Shown in pieces: positions 11,056-24,012 of a DNA stretch of 64,000 bases. The translations under genes and the position numbers were made by a program. The DNA is from Eledone cirrhosa (lineage: Eukaryota). The stretch's first letter is position 1; each line of letters opens with the position of its first letter. The notes beneath the pieces are model-generated. The model saw nothing but the letters and a program-made list of their open reading frames with translations. It searched no databases and was not told the origin of the DNA. The stretch lies in contig OZ024740.1 in NCBI GenBank assembly GCA_964016885.1, forward strand, positions 75,392,001-75,456,000, written 5' to 3'.

Positions 11056-14000
11056 ATGGCCGTATTAAGAGTAGGATGTTTAAATGTTCGAGGCCTGGGA
11101 TCGTCCTGGAAGCAGTGTCACCTGCTCAACGACCTCAGGTCTATAGAAATGGATGTAATTGCAGTTAGCGAGACCAGGATTTCCGACACGCCCGCACTAG
11201 CCCCCATTTTCGACGACTATCAGATCTTTGCATCTGTTAGCCGGCCGGGAATGGGAGGGGGGGTGGCAGTGCTGTTTAGGAAAAGCCTGGATCTCGAGGT
11301 AAGGTCGATCTTCCGGGACCCGGACGGGAAGTTGGTGGTCCTGGACGTGAACAATAATGAAGGTGGTGCCTTTAGACTGGTGGCCCTCTATGCTCCTACT
11401 GGGGCAGGACGGCCGGACTTCTTTAGACGCCTGGAAGCCTTTCTGGGTACGTCTCGCCCTTTACTGTTAGCGTGGGACTGGAACCGCATCTTAGACGCAC
11501 GCTGGGACTGTTGGGGAGTATCCGATAGGAGCGGGGGGTGCAAAAGCCTCAAGAACCTGATCAGCCAGTTCCAACTGTCTGACAGGTACCGACTAGATTT
11601 CCCTAATGCGCCAGTGTGGACCTGGACTAACCGCATAGAGTCATCTAGATCGTATATAGACAGGATATTCATTAGGAAAATAGACAGAAATAGTGTAAGC
11701 TGTCCACGTTTTGAAACGGTCGCCTATTCAGATCACAAGTTTGTGATCTGTATGGTCGACCTAGATAAGTCGCACAGGTTAGGACCTGGTTACTGGAAGC
11801 TAAACATGTCATTTCCGGCACGTAAGGCTTACGGGGACCAGGTCAACAATTTAGTTAAGAAAAAGTTGACAGGGGAATCGTCAACAATAGATGGTGGGGG
11901 GCTCTCAAAAGAGAGATTAGAGTAATGTCGATAGAGTTTAGCAAAGAAGTAGCGTTAGAGAAAAATAGAAAGGAGGGGGAGTTGGTAGATAAGTTAGACG
12001 AGGCTATTGGTAGTGGCATTGCAACTGATGTGCTAGCGGCGAGAATGGCATTATACCATTTCTTCAATGCGAAACACGAAGGTTGCATTGTCAGAGCTAA
12101 GGCGCGTGCTCTGAGAAACGAGAGAACCAAAGCTGTTCGATGGACCCACGTGGCAGAGGCGCAGCGTGGTAATAAAACCACGATTCGGTCTTTGACGGAC
12201 CGAGACAGGCACGAGCTGAGCGATTCCAAGAGGATGTGTGAGGCCTTTCGCCAACATTTTGCTCGGTTGTTCGGGGGAAGTGGCGGGTCAGAGATGGTGG
12301 CGGACTTCGGTCCCTACCTCGATGGCTTGCCGCAACTCTCGACGGCTGACGCTGGGCGCTGCGAAAGCCCAATTACTTTAGCCGAGATTCAGGATGCCCT
12401 TGTCGGCTGCATGAGGCGCAAGTCACCCGGTTTGGATGGTCTTCTCTACGAGCTTTACGTAAATATGCCAGATTTGTTCTCCAATCTCCTCGAAGCCCTC
12501 TACTGCAACTGGCAGCAAAACGGGAGTATTCCCAGTTCTGTGAGCCGGGGCGTAGTGACGCTGATAAGGAAAGACGAGAACAAGAGGGACACATTAGACA
12601 ATTTCAGGCCCATAACTCTGCTCAACACAGAGTTTAAGATTTTGGCCAGGGTGTTAGCGAAGAGGTTGGCGCTTGTCGTCGGGGATTTGGTTGGGATTGC
12701 GCAAGTTTGCGCAATCCCAACCAGGTCCATACACGACAACCTTCACCTAATGCGATACATCATAGAGAGGGTAGGGTGTAAACCTGGCTTCGGTGGGGCT
12801 CTGATCAATTTAGATCAATCGAAAGCATTCGATAGGGTCGACCATCGGTACCTGGAGGCTGTCCTCAAGGCGGCTGGCTTCGGCCCCGTCTTCAGAAGCT
12901 GGATCGCTGCAATGCACAGCGGCACCTGCTCGATGGTCAAAATTAATGGCCACCTCTCGGAACCGTTTCAGGTCTCCCGATCGGTCCGTCAAGGGTGCCC
13001 TCTCTCCTCCCTTCTGTACGTATTGACTCTCGAGCCTTTACTACGGAAGCTGGAGCTGTTGCAGGGTATCCCGCTCGAACCAGGACGCGGAAAGGCTGTG
13101 TCGGCTTATGCGGTCGACATCACCGTGATGGTGTGGGACACTTCAGAAATCGAGGTGGTCGGCAACTTATTGGAGGAATATGAAAGGTTGACGGGAGCCA
13201 AACTTAACCCGGAAAAGTCAGTGGGCTTGCAACTCGGCACCTGGAGAGGCAAGTCTATGCCGTCCAACAGCGTCGTTAGGCGCTCGACGGTCGGACCGGT
13301 AAAGTTGCTAGGGGTTTGGTTCGGGCTAGACCTCCAGGTGGATAAGAATTGGGACGAGGTGACGGGCAGGGTAGTCAGTCTCACCCAGAAATGGGCTGTG
13401 ATGAAGCTATCACTGAAAGGTCGGGCGGAGGTGGCGAACGCGTACATCGCGTCCGTCATCTACTACCGTCTGACTGTCGTCCCTTGCCCCCGTTTGCGCC
13501 TCGCCATCTTGGAGCGGCTCCTCTTCAAATTCTTGTGGAGGGGTCAAGTTCCGCTGGTGAGGCGGTCCATCTGCTGCCAGCACCCTCTACGTGGAGGGCT
13601 CGGCATGTCATGGCTAATGATGCGCGGGCACGCGCTGAGGCTGCGGCATCTCCAGACATTCTGCCTAAACGGTGAACAATTGCCTTTCCGCAGCTCGTTT
13701 CTTTGACTGAGTTGCAGTCCTGGGTCAAGAAGAGACCGAGACTGGGTGACTAGCATCTGGAATGTTGCCAGGCACTCACTGCCCTCTACCAGGCGGGCAA
13801 TGCGGTCAGTGGAACTTCCACTCTCGAGTTTTATAGAGGATTAGTGGTGGGCAAGTGCGACGACGCACTCGGAGAGGCTCTGGGAGTCAACGAAGTCGAA
13901 CTAACCAGTCTGTACCGGAGGACTTTCGAGCCGGGGACGATGGATAATTTCCCAAAATCCCTCGCTTGGCAGTGCTACCGGGGGGGGGGGGCACTGCCGG

Positions 14001-14466
14001 TTCGAGATAAACTCTACAGGCACTGAAGTGTTGTCAGACGGACCTGCCAGAGATGCGCGCAGAGCGACGAAACCGTTCTGCACGCACTCGTCCAGTGTCC
14101 GTGCATTACTGACTTGTGGAGTTATGTTGAACAGCTGTTGTCGCGTGTAGAACGGATCCGGCTATCGGACGAGTCCATAGTGAAGATCGACCCGCCGCCT
14201 TCTTTTGGCCAGGAAGGGCAGGCAATTTTCCTCTGTCTGGTGGCAGTAGCGAAAGAGGTTGTATGGTGGACGAGGTTGAAAGGACTGAAGACACACTTTT
14301 CTCTTCGGGCAATCCCTCATCAACTTTTTCAAGTTTCACTTGGAAAGGAAGGTGAGGGTGGAGAGAGAAGTGTTGCCCCCCCCCCCCCAGTACATTTGCT
14401 GAAAGGTGGGTGAATGTGGCGAGAATGGCCCGTGTGAGTGGGCCTACTCTGGTCATGCGGCTGTAG
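11056..14466 (+). pseudogene. Tx1-like ORF2: AP endonuclease, reverse transcriptase and C-terminal CCHC
   Basis: LNVRGL, AVSET, DWN, SYIDRIF, SDH, GPGYWKLN; KSPGLDG, FRPITLLN, LDQSKAFDRV, RQGCPLS, AYAVD (YADD mutated); CQRC...ETVLHALVQC; several frameshifts and stops. Confidence 0.93.
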
Positions 14467-14742
14467 GTAGGTAAATTTGAAGAGGGTGCCATTCCAGGGT
14501 GCTCTCGAAGCGTCGGGTCGTTCAGGACTGGTGGGGTACCTGAGCGAACCCTAGGTGGTCATCCCCCCTATTGGGGAATTTTTTCTTGTAATTTTCTTGT
14601 TACTTTATTGTTACTTTGTTATTGTTATTCATATTGCTTACTCGATTTTTCTGTAAAACCCCGCTGTCCCAGTCTTTTGTATTGTCCCCTATATGTCGGC
14701 CCTTGTGGCCAATAAATGAAATCATTATTATTATTATTGTTA

Positions 14743-14950
14743 TAAGGCAAAGTTAATCCCGCCGAGGTTAACTTTGCCTTTCATCCTTACGGGGTCGATA
14801 AAATAAAGTACCAGTAATACACTGGGTAATTGCTGGCCTTGTGCCAAAAGTAGAAAAAATTATTACTATTGTTATTATTATAGTGTTGAATAAAGTACCA
14901 GTAATGCATTGGGTAATTGCTGGCCTTGTGCCAAAAGTAGAAACAATTAT
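14743..14950 (+). mobile_element. two 5'-truncated SINE family 1 fragments between the LINEs
   Basis: CGCCGAGGTTAACTTTGCC...AAAGTACCAGTAAT...GGCCTTGTGCCAAAAGTAGAAA; the 3' part occurs twice. Confidence 0.85.
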
Positions 14951-15168
14951 TATAGTGCTGAATCTCTCGAGACGTGCGTAACTACGACGTAGTAAGTCAG
15001 TTGAATTTTATGAATTTATCGAAAATTTTATATAGCAATTTTTAAATTGTTGTCTAGTTAAAGAACCCCTCTTTCAAAAGAGGTGGTTTTTTAACTGTAT
15101 CTCTCGCCCTTAAGGGCTGTATTTGTATTTATTTACAATCGTAGCACTCAAATTTTTGTTAAAAAAAC

Positions 15169-17044
15169 ATGGCGGACGAAAAAAATGTTCACAGGGAGGA
15201 ACAGCGGGTTGTTGGGAGGGTAGAACAGCTGATTCCGTCCAATCACAAGGCAGAGGCAAGAACAACAGAAACACCCACAGCCACAGCCACAGTTGCAGTG
15301 GCAGTGACAACAACAGTAGCAGCAGCAACAATGGCAGTGGTGGTGACAACAGCAGCAGCAGCAGCAACTTGAACAGTAGCAGCAGCAGCACAATGTTGTG
15401 AAAATTATCCATCATTAGAAGGATCTGACACCACCGCCACCTCAATAACAACAACAACAGCAGCAACAGCCATAAAGAACCTAGGGGGAAACAACTGTAA
15501 CAGCAGCAACACAGAAGAAAAAAAAGTAACAAGACCACCACAGCAAAAAAGGCAAGACTAACGATGAGTCAGCACAACAAACCACAACAACGTCGTTCGC
15601 TAAAGCCGCAAAAAAGTTTGAACGGGTACACATCACCAATGAGGAGATAAAGCAAGCCAAGATCTTGGTTAAAAAGACCGGACACAGGGTAAGTCTCACC
15701 CGCCCAGCTAATATAATGAAAAACAAGCTTTTGTGTTCGGTCAGTTATCGCACAATTGGAATAAAATCGCGCCGAGTCTAACTGGCAACGGAGTCACAGG
15801 TCCAAAGGGCTATGGGTACCGTCTGGGCACAGAAAACAAACATAGCACGAGGGTCGAGGTATGGCACTTTGGATGTGCTCTTCGCTACACCGGAAGAAGC
15901 CAGAGCACACTCCATTGCACCACTTCGCAGTGAGGAAATAATAATGATGCCCACATACTGCGGCCAGAGAGTCATGAGGGTTCGAGTAACCCAGGTTACG
16001 CCCTCAGTGGAGATCGCATGGTTGACGGCGGCCGTCCTCGCTGACGTCGAGGATTCAACAATTATCCTCGACGTCATGCGAATAAGACAGGAGAATTGGA
16101 CAGGGTCGGGGATGGAGCTAATCATAGAAGCAAACCATGAGAGCATCGAGGCTAACCCCGATGTAATAGACCTGGATGACGGCAGCTATCTACTCGTGAC
16201 TGTCGAAGGTAGGCGCCCAAAGTGTCATGGATGCGGTGACAAGAAACTCCTTAAGGCCGTCTGCCCCAAACTCACCAAAACGGGCACGCCCCCCCCCCCT
16301 TCTCCCTACGCCGTGCCCCGCGAATGGAGTGGACAAACCAACCAAGACCACAGTGGCAGAAGAAAAATCACTATCCCCAACAACAAAAATACCATCTCCT
16401 CCACCACCAACAGAATCAATGGAAAGCATGCCCTTCCTGATATTGCTAAATCGGACAAGGAATGCGATGAGGCCGAAGGATGGAAAACCATCGCAGCAAA
16501 AAAAAAAAAGGAAAAACTCCCTACCTTCGCCCTCCGAAAAAAAAGAGGAACACAGAAACCCAAAAAAGAAAATGAAAACGACACCACCATCAACAGCCAC
16601 ACCCCACAATCACCGACACCATAACCACCATCAACAGCCACACCCCACAATCACCTACACCATCACCAACACCATTAGCATCTACCCCATCGTCACCTCC
16701 AACAACACCACTGCAAACACAGAAAGCACCAACACCCCATCAGCAGACACTATACACAGCCATAGACACAGACAACACAAAGCTTTTAAATTACATTCAG
16801 CACCACACCAACATCACAGAAACGTACTACGTATAAACGACCAAAATTGCACCCCCCACACACATAAAAATAATAGAAATCACAAAAAAAATTACATGAC
16901 ATTAAAAAAATGTTCTCCACATCAATTGGAGACTACCGAGAGAACATCACTAAAAGAATATTCACAGACATTCTCGTGGAGAAACCCGCCACTGGTCAGA
17001 GGGGTGGATCACGCACCCCCTTCCTAAAAAAGAGCCACAGGTAA
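15169..17044 (+). pseudogene. Tx1-like ORF1, frameshifted
   Basis: RGSRYGTLDVLF and MPTYCGQR match element 1 (RGRQYGTISVLF, MYPSHMGK); decayed knuckle CHGCGDKKLLKAVC. Confidence 0.8.
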
Positions 17045-17096
17045 TTTTTTATTTTACTTTTCCCCTCTCGCTTGTTTTCCTCCTATCCTAGCCAAC

Positions 17097-20000
17097 ATGG
17101 CTTCTCTCAGGATAGGTAGCATAAATTCACGTGGCCTGGGGTCGTCTTGGAAGCAGGGCCACCTGCTGAACGATCTCAGGTCGCTAAAGATAGATGTGGT
17201 GGCCATCAGCGAGACCAGAATCTCCGGGCAAGAACATTCGCACCCATTTTCAGCGGCTACGAGGTGTACACATCTCGAAGCCGTCCTGGATCGGGGGGGG
17301 GGGGACTGTGTTGTTCCGGAGAAGTCTTGGACCCAGAAGGTAAGTTGGGCGTGACCAACGTAGAAGGGCAAGCTTTCAGGCTAGTGGCTGTTTATGTGCC
17401 AACAGGAGCAGGACGGCCTGACTTCTTCCAGCGTTTGGAGACCTTTCTTGGAACGTCCCGTTCTTTAGAATTAGTGGGCGACTGGAACGGGATCTTAGAT
17501 GCACGCTGGGACTGTGTGAGATTAGCGGATAGGGGAGGAGGGTGTAAAAGCCTGGCAAACCTGCTCAGATGTTTTCAACTGTCTGACAGGTACCGGTTGG
17601 ATTTCCCGAATGTGCCAATGTGGACTTGGACAAACCGCATCGGGTCATCCAGATTATATCTAGATAGGGTATTTTGTAGGGAAATAGATAGGTCTAGCAT
17701 AGGCTGTCCACAATTCAAGATAGTCGACTACACGGACCACAAATTCGTGATCTGTGTAGTTGACTTAGATAGGCTTCATAGACAGGGACCCGGTTACTGT
17801 AAGCTAAACGCGTCGTTAACAGAGCGCAAATCTTATAGAGACCGGATTAACGAATTAGTTAAGCGGGCGTTAACGGGGGCCATCGTCAACAACAAATGGT
17901 GGTTTGCCCTGAAACGAGCGATTAGAATAGAGTCCATTAGGTTTAGCAAGGCGTTAGTAATAGAGAAAAATAGAGCAGAGGGAGAACTAGTTAGCAAATT
18001 AGACGAGACGCTTACTAAAGGCATCGCGACCGACGTGCTTGCGGCGAAATTGGCCCTCAACCAATTTTTCAGCGCAAAGCACGAAGGCTGCATTGTCAGA
18101 GATAGAGTGCGTGCTCTCAGACACGAGGGGACGAAAGCCGTTGGATGGGCCCGGGTGGCGGAGGCGCGTCGTGGCAACAAAGCCACGATCCGGTCTTTGG
18201 AGGACCACGACGGGCACATGCTACTCGATCCCGGGAAAATGTGTGCGGCTTTTGAGCGACACTTTGCTCGGATCGCGGGATGAACTTTAGTGCCTACCTC
18301 GACGGACTGTCGCGGCTCTCGGCCACTGAGGCGGAGTTTGCGAGAAGACGATAACAGCTGCTGAAGTACGGGAGGCAATGACTGGCTGCACAATGGGTTA
18401 ATCGCCTTGTTTGGATGGTCTGCCCTACGAACTTTACGTACATATGCCAGACTTGTTCGAAGACCTCTTGGCGGACGTCTACTGCAACTGGTAGCAGAAC
18501 AGAAGAATTCTCAGCTCTGTGAGCCGGGGAGCGGTGGCGCTGCTGAGAAAGGATCCGAGCAAGAGGGATAACATAGATAATTTCAGGCCCATAACTCTGC
18601 TAAACACAGAGTTCAAGATTTTGGCCAAGGTGCTAGCAAAGAGGTTGGAGCTTGTCGTTGGTGGTCTGGTGGGAGAGGCGGAGACATGCGCCATCCCAAA
18701 CAGATCCATCCACGACAACCTCCACCTCATGCGATACATCGTGGAGAGGGTAGCTAGGGAACCTGGCACGGGTGGGTCTATGATCAATTTAGATCAGTCG
18801 AAAGCTTTCGATAGGGTCGACCATCGTTATCTGGCGGCAGTCCAGAGCGCGTCTGGCTTTGGGCCTGTCTTCAGAGACTGGATTGCTGCCATGCACAGCG
18901 ACATCTTCTCTGTTGTGAGAGTGAACGGTAACCTTTCGAAACCGTTCAACATCATGCGCTTGGTCCGCCAAGGATGTCCCATCTCATCCCTGTTGTACGT
19001 ATTGACTCTCGAGCCATTACTGCACAAACTTGAGACGTTAAGGGTGGTCCAGCGCGAACTGGGATGCGGAAGAACCACCTCAGCATATGCATACGACATC
19101 ACCGTAGTGTTGTCGAACGCCAAACACATCGAGGCGATCGACACCACATTAGGAGAATACGAGGCGGTGACAGGAGCAATGATCAACCAGGAAAAGTCGG
19201 TGGGACTGCAGCTCGGCACCTGGAGAGGCAGTCCATGCCGTCCAACAGCGTCGTCGAGCGCTGGACGGACGGACCGGTTAATTGCTAGGGGTCTGGTTCG
19301 GTCCCACCTCCTGGCGGACAAAACTGGGACGAGGTGACGAGCAGGGTGGCCTCTCTCACCCAGAAATGGTCCGAGAGGAAGCTATCCCTGAAAGGTCGAG
19401 CGGAGATGGCGAGCGCGTATATCGCGTCCGTCATCTACTACCGCCTGGCCGTCGTGCCTTGTCCTAAGCCTCTCCTGACTGCACTGGAGTGTTTGCTATT
19501 TCGCTTTTTATGGAAGGAACGTGCTCCGATGGTCAGTCGGTTCATCTGCTGTCAACACCCGCTACGCGGAAGGCTTGGCATGCCGTGGCTTATGATGCGC
19601 AGACACGCGCTCAGGCTACGACATCTCCACCTCTTCCTCGACGATGATCAGGTGTGGTCGCCGTTTGCTAGACGCGTGTTTCCACAGCTCGTCTCCTTGA
19701 CGGAGCTGCAGTCCTGGGTCAAGCGAAGACCGAGAGGCAGCGCTTGAAGACTGGAATCTCTTCAGGCGCTTACAGCCCTCGACCTGTCGGGCAATGCGAT
19801 CGGTGGAAACTCCACCTTGGCGTTCTATAGAGGGTTAGTGGAGGGAAAGAGCAACGACTTCCTTGGGGGGATTCTGGGCGTCGATGAAAATCAACTAGTC
19901 AATCTCTTCGGGAGAACTTTCGGTCCGGGGCCCATGGACAACTTCCAGAAATCACTGGCCTGGCAGTGGAGGAACCTTGCCAGTTCGGGATAAACTCTAC

Positions 20001-20406
20001 AGGCATGGAAGTGCCGTCAGTCGGGCCTGTCCGAGATGCGCGCAGGGCGACGAAACCGTCCTGCACACACTCGTCCAGTGTCCGAGCATTGCTGACTTGT
20101 GGGTTTATGTCTAACACCTGCTGTTGCGTGTAGGAGGGATCCGGCTATCAGCTGAGTCCATCGTGAGGATTGCCCGCCGCCTTCCTTTAGCCGGGAAGGG
20201 CAGGCAGTTTTTATCTGTCTGGTGGCCATGGTAAAAGAGATCGTATGGTGGACACGTCTGAAAGGGTTGAGGACGGGTACTTTCCTCTTCGGTGACGCCC
20301 TCATTAACCTTTTCAGGTTTTACCTGAAAAGGAAAATAAGGAAAGGTGGGTGAGAGAGGCAAGAATGGCCCGTGTGAATGGGTTTACCCTGAGTGTGTGC
20401 CTGTAG
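17097..20406 (+). pseudogene. Tx1-like ORF2 (APE-RT), multiply disrupted
   Basis: SINSRGL, AISET, GDWN, YLDRVF, TDH; FRPITLLN, LDQSKAFDRV, RQGCPIS, AYAYD; frameshifts and stops. Confidence 0.92.
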
Positions 20407-20672
20407 CATCGTAGAAGGAAAACTGGAAGAGGGCACTTGCCCTACCGGTCTGGGTAACCGTGGCTTTTTTGTGGGCTTTCAGCATGAGTGACCCTCGAAG
20501 GTCTCCCCCCCCCCCACACCCCTATTGGGGAATGTTTCATTGTTTCTTTTTTTGTCACATCATCTGTTTTTGTTTTGTTTTTTTTTACACGCAGAAATGC
20601 CCATTTGTACCGTCCTGTATTGTCCTTAATGTTTTACTTTGTGTAAACCCTTGTGGTTAATAAAGAAACTAC

Positions 20673-20712
<40 letters not shown>

Positions 20713-20725
20713 CACACACACACAC

Positions 20726-21019
<294 letters not shown>

Positions 21020-21664
21020 AAATGGCTAATTAATCTTTCATCAAAGAACTGTATTTATTCCCATAGAATCGTTTCGAATGAGATATGACCTCGAATTATT
21101 CAAAGTGTTACAAAATTCGTTTTATATAGTCAATCTATAGATATAGCTCTATTTCAATAACATCACAGCTCATTCTCTTCTGAGAGAAAACGATAGTCAT
21201 TGGTGAAGTTTTATCACTGAAAAAATTAGATTACCTTTGACATAGAATATGTTATTTAATTATGCATCTTAAATACCACGTCTATATATACCAAATACAT
21301 TTTTTCGGAATTCGTATTTCGCACGAATGTTTGATGTTGAAATCTTAGTTTAAGAAAGTGACAATATATATATATATGTGTGTGTGTGTGTACAAAATTC
21401 ATATAATATACTTTAATTCATGCACATATAGAGTCAACAATGAATAATACAAATACTTTGGTATTGATGTAGATATATTATACAATTGTATAATAACATA
21501 AGACAGAAATGTTATACCAGTGATAAGAAAAATACGTCCCTATACAACAATATCGTATGTTGAATGTATAGGTACAGTACTGACATCAACATACAGGCTG
21601 CCATTTTGAAATAAAATAATTCCATTGACATAAGCATCTACGGGAGGTGGGGGGCTCTGTGTGA

Positions 21665-21890
21665 TGGCTAGGGCTGCAAGAAAGAGTAACCAAATCTCAC
21701 TCAAATTGCAGTTAACTGCTATTAAAATAATAGTATATGTTCCAAATGTAGTTCTATGCTCACAAAATTGTGGAATGTTCATGGCTGGAAAGCCTCTGAT
21801 GTGTCTTCTTGATTAAGACTGATCTGGGGCTCAACAACAACAACAACAGCAACAACAAAAACAACAGCAGCAGTAACAACAACAACAATT
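21665..21890 (+). mobile_element. interspersed repeat with (AAC)n tail; related copies near 23445, 28130, 28550 and 37485
   Basis: Shared CTAGAAATAGCAGCCAAAT-like start, ATGGCTGGAA segment and CTGGGGCT.AACAAC end. Confidence 0.6.
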
Positions 21891-23090
21891 TTTTAAATTA
21901 TTAGTGGCTATCATATTTAGTAGGGCAAAACCCATTTAAATACTGGCCAATGTAGAAAGAGAATGTTTCTTTTTGTTTTCATTCGTTAACGTTTTGCCTA
22001 ATAATGGGTTAAATATTTTTCCAGTTGTATAAATGGATTGGGAGGAGGATACATTGATCGTAATTCTACTTGCTTCCATATCAGTTTTCAAGTAGAATTT
22101 AAAAAATAGAACTTAAAAGTCTTTATTTTAAGTACATTCATCATGTTTAGCAATTTAAGATTTGTGCTGTAAAAAGCTTTCACATAAAAATTTTGCCCTG
22201 GGACTAAAGGAAATATTACACTCTTAAACTGATTCTAAACGAAATATATGACTATGAATTATATATATAGCTTTTAAGATATAAAGTCGACCAATTCAAC
22301 ATCACGTTGTATAAGTTGCTTATATAATATAAAGTTTTGTGACCGCGTCATATATAAATTGAAATTATTCGAGACTAAATGTTTTGGTTTTATATAAATA
22401 CGTTGACAGAAGCAAATGCAACTGTATCACATAACCAATAATACAACCTCCCAGGAGATCTTGAATTATGTTCTCGCATTGGGGTAATAATGTCAAAAGC
22501 CTATTCTTGACGTGTTTGGAAGCTTTTTTTTATATTCTAAGATTTGCAAATAAATTGAATTTGTTTCGCTTTCTACGTTCTAATAATAACAAATATCGCA
22601 CAGTCACATAACTGACATTTGTTTACATTTTCCTTTATATGTCTCTAGTAGACTACTAAACTATTAATCATCATCCTTCATTTATTTCTTTGTCTGTCGT
22701 TCTCTTCCGTGTTATTTATGTGTGTTGATTTGTGAGATATTAAAGAGACACTTGCAGGTCGTTGCTTTTAGGAAGATATGGAGAGCTTCAAAAGAAGAAA
22801 TCATGATTTAGGTTTCAAGTCTTTGAGGAAAGAAAGGAACTATATGACTATAATTACAATCCTATAACCCCAAAATCATCATTAAATTCGGTTTCTGTAT
22901 TGTCAACGATATATCTATCTCTCTTAAAAATAAAAAAAAGGATTTTAATTTCGGTTTGTTTGTTTCAAGTTGGATTGGTTTTTTTCTCAAGGGTGAATAC
23001 CAAATAGATATTTCACAACTGTAGGGTGGTATGTGATATATTTACGAGTTGCGTTAGTTCGTTCTTGAAATGTTATTATTATATCAGAGA

Positions 23091-23280
23091 ATGGCGGTGA
23101 ATTGGCAGTATCGGTAGAGGGTTGGACGCCATGCTTTCTAGCATAGTTACGTCCCTTTACAATCTGAGTTCAAATCCTGCCGAGGTTAACTTTGCCTTTC
23201 CCCCTTACGGGGTCAATAAAATAAAGTACCAGTAATGTACTGAGTAATTGCTGGCCTTGTGCCTAAAGTAGAAACAATTT
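23091..23280 (+). mobile_element. tRNA-derived SINE family 1, full length
   Basis: A-box-like TGGCAGTATCGG, B-box GTTCAAATCC; very similar to 47112-47300; apparent TSD TTATATCAGAGAA on both sides. Confidence 0.9.
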
Positions 23281-23775
23281 TTATATCAGAGAACTAATGT
23301 GCTAGATCTAATTGAATATACTCACAGATTTAAAAAAATCATTAATAAAAGTTTTTTTGTTTTGTTTTTTTTTGTTTTTTAACCTCTAAATGTGTAAACA
23401 AAATTAATAATAAAAGAGCAAATATAATGATTTATAAATGAACCGACGCTCGATTTGTTAGAGATAGCAGCCACATTTCCTGCTGATTACACCTTAAGAA
23501 AGAGCAAGAGCATATCGAATAATATAAACTTGATACATTATGTCTGCGAGAAATTACGGGCTGGAATATGTTTGTTTATATGACTATTCAAGCAAGAATG
23601 ACGAATTGTAGATATTTACTAGACCACCCGTGACCCGTTGGGTCATGTTCACTTTAAAATATTTTTTTTTAAATCGTGTTCACTTAAAAATAATTTTTAA
23701 ATAATAGAAATATACACAGACATGTATATAATCTGAAATGAAACTGGAAGGCCTATATATATACGTGAGTGTATG

Positions 23776-23806
<31 letters not shown>

Positions 23807-23975
23807 AAACATATACATATATATGTATGTGTGTGTATATATATATATATGTGGATGTCTGTGATCTACATGCACTGGTCATAAACACACACATATATAT
23901 ATATATATTCACACACACTCACATATATATACTGCACAGTTGAAAATTGCAAACTCGACTGTCACCACATATTAG

Positions 23976-24012
23976 GAACCTGAAGATTGCGAAAGCATGA
24001 AAGTACTTGTTC
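23976..24012 (+). ncRNA. very compact (37-nt) type I hammerhead ribozyme in a solo pLTR (about 23930-24140)
   Basis: GAAC-CTGAAGA-T-TGC-GAAA-GCA-T-GAAA-GTAC-TT-GTTC; palindromic stem III AGTACT. Confidence 0.85.

Larger units (their letters stand above)
8854..14723 (+). mobile_element. Tx1/L1-like non-LTR retrotransposon, near full length, degenerate (element 1)
   Basis: ORF1 plus APE-RT ORF2; AATAAA at 14711; (ATT)n on both sides. Confidence 0.93.
14955..20672 (+). mobile_element. Tx1/L1-like non-LTR retrotransposon, near full length, degenerate (element 2, related family)
   Basis: Same layout as element 1; AATAAA at 20659 followed by (ATT)n; shared 3' end CCTTGTGGYYAATAAA. Confidence 0.92.
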
